Shown in pieces: positions 51,637-62,064 of a stretch of DNA of 64,000 nt. This DNA comes from Lytechinus pictus (taxonomy: Eukaryota): contig NC_087246.1 in the NCBI RefSeq assembly GCF_037042905.1, positions 69,130,001 to 69,194,000 of the forward strand, in the 5' to 3' direction. The notes beneath the pieces are model-generated. The model was not told where the DNA came from. It saw only the letters and a program-made list of their open reading frames with translations, and made no database searches. Position 1 is the stretch's first letter. Each line of letters begins with the position of its first letter. Made by a program: the position numbers and the translations under genes.

Positions 51637-53347
51637 TAGCTTAACTTTACACAGAATCAGAATGTCGAGTCCGTTCATCCTTGGTGCGTTGATATGAGTG
51701 TACCGTGTCCTTGTCTCTGCCGATTATGAACATTTACTTGTATGAACACAATCATTTCATGAGTCTGAAAAATCTTGCATCTCACACAAATATAAAATAT
51801 ATCTATCGGTCTTGGCGTCATGTTTCCATTCCCATAATTTTACATTCTGTACCAGTAGTTCTATTTTATTGTAACGTTTGTGTCTTTAGACCCAGTCAGC
51901 ATGATCAGTTAGATGATTTCAGTTTCTTCAAGTTCATTAGCTTTTCCGTCTAGCAGGCATTTCAATTGTATGACAGATGATTCATTTTCAAGTACAATTC
52001 TCACGAATTCACCACTGCTTCGACACCAGCAGCGTCTTACCGTAATGCGTAGCCTTCCCCCAAGAGAGTATGCATTTATTGCTTCTTGTGGTTTTGTGGT
52101 AAAGGATCTATGGAATAAAGAATGAAAATGGGGGAAAATGTATTTTGTTTGGCTTTATCTTAGCTTGGAATAAAGAAGATATAAAGACGGCATTTTCTGT
52201 CTGCAATCATGGAATGAAATGATTGGCATATGAGCTGAGACGATAGACAACTTATTTGGTGGAGTTGTGTTGGAAAGGAAAGAGTTAAAATGTCTCTAAT
52301 AACATTTACGACTCGACGCTGAAATACTGATATTGATATTGTAATTGACTTTATAATTATCCATATTCGAGGGATGTGCAGAATGTAGGAATTTTAAAGC
52401 CAAAGCTGAATTTACACGAACATTGATTATTCGACATGAAGCATTTCATCCTCGAGGTTCAGCGAAAGAGAAAATATGAATAACAAATAATTGTAAAATT
52501 TTGCACATTCTGATTTAAAATAAAGATTTCTTGTGATGGCTTGTTGGGGTTATAGAAAGGAAAACTCAGACCATAAAGATGATCGATTACACATGAGCCC
52601 CCCTAAAAGGGGTGGACAGAAGAACATTTACGCTGATGGAAGGCCAGCTGGTATAGTTAAAAGTAACTGGATCAATTTCGATAACTTTAACTTATTTTAC
52701 ATCAGTATATTAACGGCATTTCTTAATTTCCAGTGCCGATGAGGAATAGCATGTTGATGGGTAAAGGACTAATGATAAACATAGTTTCTTACATACGAAA
52801 TATTTCCAGACAAACACGGTCAGTCAACGGAACTACTCCATCATTACATATAATTTTTCTCTCAAACTCGTTCTCTGCGATATTCGCTTTTCAGCAACGG
52901 ACGTGGATTCTATGTTCATATCTCATACTGTGAAATATTCTAATCTTCAATTGTGCCACCAGCAAATTTGCTATTTCTCTCGTTTATGTCTCAACCTAAA
53001 AACCACTTGCTAGAAGGGAAGTTTTTGTAAATATTCCTCCTGAGTATGCTAATGCATCTAGAAACTTTTCTGGTAGGCACGAAGGGTTGGTTTTCAAACG
53101 CCAAATCCATTGACGGTCATATCTGTGGTGAATCCACTCGCCAAGGGGGACATTCTGTTAAGTGTTCCTGGCCCAAAGGGACTTGTTCACAATTTTAGAG
53201 TATAATAGTAAAGTGACTAAAGGAGGAGAAGGAGTGAAGATTGTTGATGGGTTAGTAGACGGGGTCAACGTATAGAAAGAAACTGATATCGCCGGAGTTA
53301 GAGCTGTAAGAAAAATTATAAAATCACTAACAATCCAAGTGTTTCAG

Positions 53348-53363
53348 CATGGTAGGGTCCATG
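53348..53363. other. 16-bp micro-element CATGGTAGGGTCCATG with a perfect 7-bp flanking duplication
   Basis: GTTTCAG at 53341-47 and 53364-70. Confidence 0.7.
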
Positions 53364-56300
53364 GTTTCAGTGACCCAAAATAATAAAAACTACCCAATTA
53401 AAATCGAATGTTTACGCACCATAAATTTGAAGGCCGAATCCATGTATATTATACACACATATGACTTTGGTCTTTCGTAGACCCTGTCGATCTATTGATA
53501 ACCGTGTAAATTTCCCTTAGGTATCTTATGCGTCTGCCCTCATGCAGTTAGGACTAGGGTTATATACTTAATCTTAGAAGAATACTAATTGATATATATC
53601 TAAGATTAAAGGATTAATTCGGCCTCATTAATGAGTGTGACTAATTATCGTTTTTATGCAAGCATTTAACTCTCAACAAATCTCCCAGTAACATATGCCG
53701 CAAAGTAAATATTTTACCCGTTGAAGATAAAATCAAGTAAGATGGTACTATAAAGATCGATCCTTTAAGGTATACTTTCCTGGGATCCAAGAGGCAATGG
53801 TGGACATTCATGCGCGCTGCATGCGGCTCCAGCTGCCAATTGACACCAACTTCATACGACGCAACGAACACAGATGCCATGTTCTGAATGCCAAAACTCC
53901 GACGATTCTCCGTTCGCCTTTGCTTCGTTGCAATTCGAAGATCCTGCCAGGCTGGCTCCGCCTTTCTCCTACTGTGTGGAGTGACGTAAGCAGATGTTTG
54001 GGCAAACACTTATCTAACCGGAAGCAGCGCAGCGCGTGTGTACTGTGCATGTGCTACGCGAATGGCTGGTGATTGACAGCTTCATGCAAATTACGCCGAT
54101 GATCTCAATGAAGATGGCGAGTACAGCACGTGGCAAAAGTCCGCAAAACCGTCCAATAGTGCCCTTTTGAAACCCGGGAATGTATACCTTTAAAGTGTCA
54201 ACCTGCCCTCCTTGATCCCACCCCTCTTCCCTTCGTTTTACTGGTAGTTATACACACTATTTACTTCAGCATGAGAGATGAAGGAAATGCTTTTACAGGA
54301 TGAAGAACTAGTAGGAGAGTGACCCCTCTTTGCGCTTTGGGCGTTGAGAACATTGGCAAATGATCGGGACTACACATCATCAAGATCATGATACCCGAGG
54401 GTGTACAGAGTAAAAGAGTGTATATGGGATAAGAAGAACAAGACAAGAGAGCAGAAAAGCCGGAACTTCGAGTGACAGTGATGAAGAGTTGCGTGAAGGA
54501 GGGAGGAGAGGGAAGGGTTTGAAGAGAAAATGCAAATCAGGAAAATATAAGTGAGCTTGAGGGCCAGCCGAAAGGTATCGCGAACCTTTGTATGATAATA
54601 TGTCGTTACACGTCTTGATTTGCCATGGTTGCGTTCTGGCTTTAGTGAAAAACATATCTCTGATTTTTAGCACGTCACGGGAAAGCGAACATTTTTTGAG
54701 CTGTATAATACTTTCATGTAATCTATGTTTTTTGCATAGTGTCAGACATATGAACCATCTTATAAGCATACAAGAGGACATTATACAGTCAGCTGCATGC
54801 ATGCTAACTTGTTTTGTTCTCTTGTTTGGTACCATGTAGGGTAGTTCCAAGCAGAGTGAATCTCTAATCCCTTAGTCATTGATTGTCTATGTGATGAGGG
54901 TAATGGGAAAGGGAAGTGTAGATCGTGGAGATCAGTGTCGGACATACATCAACATGAAGATGAGTCAGTGGTTGACGTCCGGGAGTATCGGTATCTTTCA
55001 GTGAGGCATCATGTTCGTAATTACTAGATGCCAAATCATACATCATCATACACTTAAGATTACTTGTAGCGTTGTAAAGAGAGCTTTTATAAGATACATG
55101 GAACACTCGAACGGGGAAAACATGCATGCCTTCATGATAATAGTGAATTGTAACGTTAAAGAAATAAACCTGTATGTTGATTACTGTTTTCATTAAATAA
55201 TTGCTCTCTATCTTTGATTCATAATGATAATTCTCATTACCATGGATTACGGAATGTAATGTTAGGCACGGATATGAAGATTCATCATGACCAGGAAGGG
55301 GGGATACATCCACTGCGCAGTAGAGCACTTTGATGTGTGAATGAACATTTTCTAAGGTTGAAATTACAAAGGACACAATTAGAGGGGCTCTATATTCCTT
55401 TTGCCTCCACCCCTTATGTTAATGTTATTTAGATGACACGGCTGGGGCCCGTTTCATAAAGAGTTTAATACCAGAATGGTAACTTTGTCATTATGGCAAC
55501 TACCAGGCTGAGCAGCCAATCACAATCAAAGGATCCATGGTATATCTTATGTTTTTGATGAGACCGGAGTCGTCGGGGGCTTTATGGCTATCTCATCGGT
55601 CGTGAAATCATAGTTACTTCGAGAGGATAGATAAGGACAAGGATGGTGTGATATGTCTCTTGACCTTAAAGCGCTCCATGTATCTCATGAATGTTTGAGA
55701 GGAGTAGTTCTGCTGTTGGGGCCAAAAGGGCTGAAACTCTAGATACAGCAAAAGAGGACTATATTTAAATATCGGCGTCGCCCTTTCGATTCCTGCCGAC
55801 TTATTATGTAATGAAAATATGTGCTTGCTTCTTGTGTTTGCTTTATTCAAATCATGGACCTTCATCAGGTCCATGTTCTAATGGAGTTCGCTTTTGCGAT
55901 GCTACTGCAGATCTACTTTTTGAGAGTCCAGTCTGATCAGAGGGAATCGTTCTGATACTGTACTTTAGCCGTATACAATGTGCAGGAAGCATAGGGGTTA
56001 ATCCGAAAACGGGATAGGGTTTGTGAATACTTGACCTAAATGTGCGACACAAGAACCTAATCAGTAAATGGCTGTGAGGGCTGTATCATATTTCTAATAA
56101 TAACCCTCTGCAGCACTTTCACTGAACACGCTACAGAGATTATTAACTGTTGCTATATATTTTCGAATGCATAGACTTTGAACTGCTTGACATAGTGATA
56201 ATGGACATTAGGTCTCTGCTCCGTTAATCAGCTATTGTTAATTCATTTGTGATTTACTTTGAAGTAAACCTTGCTTTCACCCTATTAATGATGTCTATAT

Positions 56301-57260
56301 ATATAAAAAAAAATTTATTTTGGGTAGTTTGTAGGCCGCGTTCCCCCTTTGAATTCAATATGATAACTGCAAAGATAAACATAAAATGTCAGAGTAGTGT
56401 GGTATCGACATCGTTGTTATCTTTTAAAATTGGAACACTTTACTTCGATTCAAAGAAACTCAACAACGTTTTTATTTTTCATTTCCCAAAAGTTCTTTCC
56501 ATTCATGTGAAATTAATACGAATTTTACATTTCAATCTAGACAATATATTTGTTTATGTTAGCATCTTGTTGTTTCTTAGGAATCGTCCAGCCCATGCAA
56601 TTCTGGTGTGACAAGTTGAATGAAGAGGGTACCCGGCGCAAATTATCCCTAACTTGGGATACATTGACAACTGGATAGGAGAGATCCGCCTCCACCATCT
56701 CGATTTCAACTAAGCTGTCTATTTCCGATTGCCGTATACAAACTCTTTTTAATGGAAACATAGCCTCGTGAATTAGTCTTCAATATGTGCATTTCACCTT
56801 AAAAGGCCATCTATTTACCTATATAGTCTTTCCTATACCATAGGCAACAGTAGCTCGGTTAGAACATGGATCTATAGGTCCATGGTTAGTAGTATCATTT
56901 ATTGTAGAGCGCTTAGAACGCTAGATACAGGTATGAGTATCATATCCTCGTCTTACGATACCATCATGCCATCATACCAGCATTCTTCCACTTGCCATAT
57001 TTAATACATATTTAAGATGACTAGTTTTTTTAAAATAAAAAGTCAGTTCTCCTGAACTCTTTGAGACTCTTAGGGATGTCCTCGTTTAAGGTAGTCCAAA
57101 GACTCCAAACACCCTCGTATATATTGTACAAGGAATCGTATGTCGTCATCGAGTTCGAGTTCGAACTGTATTTAATCTTATTATCTTCACGTAATTACTT
57201 TAATTTTTTGTCCATGTGATGCTTGTGAGTTGTTTGGAAGGAGGATAACGTGTGTCTTTG

Positions 57261-57420
57261 TGGTAGCAGAGTGGCAAGACGTTCGTTTTTAAAGTAAAGG
57301 CAGGGATCCAGGGTTCGATTCCTGCAACGGCACCTGCGCGCTTGAGTACAGCATTTTATCAGATTTGATCACATCTCAGTCTCTGAAACAAGGATGTATG
57401 AATTACATACCTGCATGGGT
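57261..57420 (+). mobile_element. Degenerate tRNA-derived SINE
   Basis: A box TAGCAGAGTGG and B box GGTTCGATTCC, followed by a SINE-like body (GCGCTTGAGTACAGCATTTTATC). No full cloverleaf. Confidence 0.6.
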
Positions 57421-58484
57421 ATCTCTGCATTGTTTATAATGTATGTAAGATGTTTCAGTTCTTCCAGTCTAGGAGCGAGTGATCTCTTACTGGTACATGT
57501 TTGGTTATCCATTCACATCAATTGGTCCGCTTCGTAAGGGGGTGGCGAAGGTCAAGTCCTCGCGGGGTCACTTCGATCTAATGTCCAGTTCGGGTTTCCA
57601 CCACCTGCTCGCATCCCCGTGGCTTTGCGGATGCGAGGGGCGTTTGATTGCTTCTTATGTTCTAAGGCGGATAATGATCGTAATGAGAAGGTAGGAGGAT
57701 GCCTGTCTCGTTTGTCTTCATCATCCTTCCCATTTACTGGCTTTATTTTCATCCCACGTCGTTTATCACTTTCCTGACCTGTTCAAGCTGCCTTCACAAG
57801 TCTTCAATTAAAGGTTAGGGAACTGAAATAGGACATGTAGAATCCAGACAATCTGTAGAAAAAAATAACTCAAATTAACAACGTGTAAACACATCTGTTG
57901 TGTGAATGTGCTTGCAATTAATCGAGGCCGGGCTGATATTGAGTGGAGACAGCCAAGGAAATACTTTTCGTCAATACCCTTTCCTTTCGAGAGTACCTGA
58001 TAATAAAAATGGTGCTTCGTTTATTTGTTTGTTTTCAGGAAGTAGTTCTTTTTTTTATAGTTTTTCAAGATTTTCATTGTCTGGTGTCAGCAACTGTACT
58101 ATTTAGTGAAAGCTGCATGTGTATCATAATTATACATGTAAATGGAGGATAAAGTCCTTGTATGTATTTCTAGATATCTACATGTATTAAATCCATAAAG
58201 TCTTCCAACAACAACAACAGCAAAAAAAAACTAAATAAAACTGTTTTCCTAGACTCTTGTTGGGTTTTCACCAATACTTTATCCCATATACATAAATAGA
58301 TGAGTTTGAGAGCCCTTTTGAGTGGTGGAATTTATGTAGCATTTATCGATCTAATTCGAGATGTAGATGAGCATTGATTTCGAACGAAGCCACTTGTTCT
58401 TACGTTCCACCCCTCGCACATCATACACATGGCTGTGTACCTCTAAAATTACCTCACTTCATGGCCTGATTCATACATATTTTG

Positions 58485-58712
58485 CACAGTGCTAAACATA
58501 ATTCAAACAACGCTGTTTAGTCTCACAGTATTTGTTTAAACAGTTTAAACAAGTGTTTAAAATCTTAAACAACCATGCTTAAATTATTGATAATTAAATA
58601 TTTGAATTTAAACTTTGTTGTTTAAGATTTTAAACACTTGTTTAAAATGTTTAAACAACTACTGTGCGATTCACATAGTAAACAGCGTTGTTTGAATTAT
58701 TTGTAACAGTCT
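58485..58712. mobile_element. Palindromic MITE
   Basis: ATAATTCAAACAACGCTGTTTA / TAAACAGCGTTGTTTGAATTAT and TTTAAACAAGTGTTTAAAATCTTAAACAAC / GTTGTTTAAGATTTTAAACACTTGTTTAAA. Confidence 0.75.
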
Positions 58713-58732
58713 ATCGCTTCTTTAAGTATAAG

Positions 58733-58758
58733 CATGGACCCTACTAAGAAGGGCCATG
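58733..58758. other. 26-bp micro-element CATGGACC...GGGCCATG with a perfect 7-bp flanking duplication
   Basis: GTATAAG at 58726-32 and 58759-65. Confidence 0.7.
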
Positions 58759-59677
58759 GTATAAGTGAATGTGAAGTTCACGTGGCCTAAACTTTTCCCC
58801 TTTATCTTGGAAAATATCTTGGTAAATCCAGATTCTAAATATATTTCAAAGATAAAAACAAGGGTAATGAATAATAGTCAACATTCAATCGTTTATTGCT
58901 TCGAATTATTAATATTGTGAATGCAGTTATGGCTTTAACCGTTTCTTTCATGTTGATTTTTCTTGAATGTTCATAAATATCTAGTGTGTAGGCCGACACG
59001 AAAGAATTTTCTGTCTAGTTGAGATGATCGTGCATTTATGCAAAGACGGTAGTCAAGCTACTTCCTCTCTTTGATCAAACTGAGTGTGGAAGCTCTCGCA
59101 ATTATTATGAAAATGTCACGTTCTGGAGGAAGAATTCTATCAGGGAGAATTTTATTGTTGAAGACACGGTTTTAACGTCTGTCGATAGAATAAGAAGCTA
59201 GGTATGTCTTATAAGCTGATGCGTTTTACAAGATAAGTTCCCATTAACTGAAATAATTATACGGCTACTATTTCTTGGAATGTCTTTTTACAGTTTTTTC
59301 CGCCATTGGATTTTTTTATCGTACAGAAGATGTTGTATTGTAGAACTCTCTGAATCAAAAGTCATGGTTCATACTCAATTAGAAATAATTGAATATTCAA
59401 TTTGTAATGAAATGACATACACTACTCAAAAAAAGTTAAGGACCACTTTTTAAAACGTACATAAAGATTTTATACAAGGTGTTTTATTTCTGGAAATACC
59501 TCAGTACAACTGTCCTAAATGTCCTTAAACACGCTGTAATCAATTTCACGCATGGGTGGTTTCAGTTGTTGCACAATGTCTCTCGCATCACTGCACATCC
59601 TGAAAAGTGGGCCCCGAGGGGTATCAGCTACCGACATGAAGTGGTAAAAACGAATGTCTGAGTGTCTTTCAGGCAGT

Positions 59678-60706
59678 TCAGTAACGAGTGTGACCACCTC
59701 CTGCAGCAATAACGGCTTCACAGCGCTGTCTCATGGAGCTGATGAGGCGATTGATGTCTCTGACGTCCAGTGCATCCCATGCAGCCTCCAGAGCCACACC
59801 CAGCTGCTGCAGTCCAAGTGGATGGACTTCGAGCTGCTCGAGACTCCTCCCCATCATGTCCCAGACGTGCTCTATCGGGTTTAAGTCCGGGGACCTCGCT
59901 GGCCACTCCATACGCTCAATCCCCTGGCCCTCAAGGAACTCGGTCACCACCCTAGCTCGGTGGGCACGGGCATTGTCATCCATGAAAATGATGTTTTGTC
60001 CCACATTTTCTGCAAATGGCACCACTATAGGTTCAAGGACCTCATCCCTGTACCTCACTCCTGTCATTGCTCCCCCTGGGACCACGTAGAGACGAGTACG
60101 GTTGGCGTAGGTGATGCCTCCCCACACCATGACGCTGCCTCCCCCATAACGGTCATGTTCTGCAATACAGGGGTCTGCAAATCTCTCTCCTGGTCGCCTC
60201 CAGACTCTCGAACGTCCATCATTGTGGTCAAGGGAAAATCTGCTCTCATCTGTGAACAGAACTCTACGCCATTGCTGTCTGGTCCATCTGACATGCTCCC
60301 GGGCCCAGTTGAGACGAATTCTTCTGTGAGCAGGGGTGAGTGGGACACACTGAGCTGGCCGTCTGGCATGCATATTGGCTCTGTGAAGTCGGTTACGGAT
60401 TGTTTGAGTGGAAACAATCACTCCAGTTGCTGCAGCGAAGTCATTGTTGAGGCGGCGTGCACTGTGAAAGCGGTTGCGGAGGCTGAGATTCGTCAAGTAG
60501 CGATCATCTCTAGGGGTTGTCGAAACTGGTCGGCCACTGCGGGGTCTCTCGGAGTATAGCCCTGTCTCTCGGTGTCTTTGATTTGCTCTGCTAATGACAC
60601 TGTGTGACACGCCCATCATTCTGGCTACTCTTCGCTGACTGAGGCCAGCTTCCAGCATCCCTAGGGCTCTGGCTACATCTGTTTCACTTAGGTGGTGTCT
60701 TGGCAT
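59678..60706 (-). CDS. Tc1-family DD34E transposase, intact, 342 aa from the first ATG
   Basis: Begins MPRHHLSETDVARALGML, with an N-terminal paired-like HTH and GRP motif. Catalytic motifs FTDES, MDDNARAH and SPDLNPIE, with 34 residues between the second D and E. C-terminus GGHTRY. The ORF-track start at 60721 is a TTG; the first ATG is at 60706. Confidence 0.95.
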   Translation of the reverse strand: MPRHHLSETDVARALGMLEAGLSQRRVARMMGVSHSVISRANQRHRETGLYSERPRSGRPVSTTPRDDRYLTNLSLRNRFHSARRLNNDFAAATGVIVSTQTIRNRLHRANMHARRPAQCVPLTPAHRRIRLNWAREHVRWTRQQWRRVLFTDESRFSLDHNDGRSRVWRRPGERFADPCIAEHDRYGGGSVMVWGGITYANRTRLYVVPGGAMTGVRYRDEVLEPIVVPFAENVGQNIIFMDDNARAHRARVVTEFLEGQGIERMEWPARSPDLNPIEHVWDMMGRSLEQLEVHPLGLQQLGVALEAAWDALDVRDINRLISSMRQRCEAVIAAGGGHTRY

Positions 60707-61101
60707 TGCTGTTGTAGGCAAGTTGTTGATTGTACAGACTAAAGACGGAAAATGCTTTGGAAGACACTTGTCTTATGGCCCACTGCAATGATGCCAGAGA
60801 CATCATGAAAGAACTGCATGTGTGAAATTGATGTCATTGTGTTTGATGGCATTCTGGACAGCTGTATCTTGGCATTGCTATTGTCAGCAAGTTGTTGATT
60901 GTAGAGACTAAAGACAGAAAATGCTTTGGAAGCCACTTTTGTACGAGCACATTGCAATGATGCAAGAGACATGAAAGAACTGCATGTGTGAAATTGATTT
61001 CATTGTGTTTGATGGCATCCTGGACAGCTGTATCTTGGCATTGCTGTTGTCAGCAATTTGTTGATTGTAGAGACTAAAGACAGAAAATGCATTTGAATCC
61101 A
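60698..61101. repeat. ~167-bp tandem repeat (2.4 units) forming the spacer of the Tc1 palindrome
   Basis: The unit TCTTGGCATTGCT...GACTAAAGAC.GAAAATGC...CTGGACAGCTGTA starts at ~60698, ~60867 and ~61033. Confidence 0.9.
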
Positions 61102-61102
61102 C

Positions 61103-62064
61103 AGCCAGAGCCCTAGGGATGCTGGAAGCTGGCCTCACACAGTGTCATTAGCAGAGCAAATCAAAGACACCGAGAGACAGGGCTATACTCCGAGAGACCC
61201 CGCAGTGGCCAACCAGTTTCGACAACCCCTAGAGATGATCGCTACTTGACGAATCTCAGCCTCCACAACCGCTTTCACAGTGCACGCCGCCTCAACAATG
61301 ACTTCGCTGCAGCAACTGGAGTGATTGTTTCCACTCAAACAATCCGTAACCGACTTCACAGAGCCAATATGCATGCCAGACGGCCAGCTCAGTGTGTCCC
61401 ACTCACCCCTGCTCACAGAAGAATTCGTCTCAACTGGGCCCGGGAGCATGTCAGATGGACCAGACAGCAATGGCGTAGAGTTCTGTTCACAGATGAGAGC
61501 AGATTTTCCCTTGACCACAATGATGGACGTTCGAGAGTCTGGAGGCGACCAGGAGAGAGATTTGCAGACCCCTGTATTGCAGAACATGACCGTTATGGGG
61601 GAGGCAGCGTCATGGTGTGGGGAGGCATCACCTACGCCAACCGTACTCGTCTCTACGTGGTCCCAGGGGGAGCAATGACAGGAGTGAGGTACAGGGATGA
61701 GGTCCTTGAACCTATAGTGGTGCCATTTGCAGAAAATGTGGGACAAAACATCATTTTCATGGATGACAATGCCCGTGCCCACCGAGCTAGGGTGGTGACC
61801 GAGTTCCTTGAGGGCCAGGGGATTGAGCGTATGGAGTGGCCAGCGAGGTCCCCGGACTTAAACCCGATAGAGCACGTCTGGGACATGATGGGGAGGAGTC
61901 TCGAGCAGCTCGAAGCCCATCCACTTGGACTGCAGCAGCTGGGTGTGGCTCTGGAGGCTGCATGGGATGCACTGGACGTCAGAGACATCAATCGCCTCAT
62001 CAGCTCCATGAGACAGCGCTGTGAAGCCGTTATTGCTGCAGGAGGTGGTCACACTCGTTACTGA
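61103..62064 (+). pseudogene. Second, 5'-truncated Tc1 transposase copy with an intact catalytic domain
   Basis: Lacks the first ~11 codons and has a 35-bp deletion between TCA microhomologies at ~61137. Otherwise nearly identical to the minus copy; differences seen are GRP>GQP, LRN>LHN and EVH>EAH. Confidence 0.85.

Noticed and set aside
57261-57335. Possible tRNA gene
   Set aside because: A and B boxes are present, but there is no acceptor or anticodon stem pairing and it continues into a SINE-like body.
22000-59000. Numerous 60-180-aa ORFs in the supplied track
   Set aside because: Many start at non-ATG codons and none has a recognisable domain or splice support. Consistent with chance ORFs in intronic DNA.
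59733-60559. Antisense and alternate-frame ORFs (199, 118, 117 aa) over the transposase, mirrored at 61183-62009
   Set aside because: Shadow ORFs of the transposase CDS with no recognisable domain. They are duplicated only because of the palindrome.
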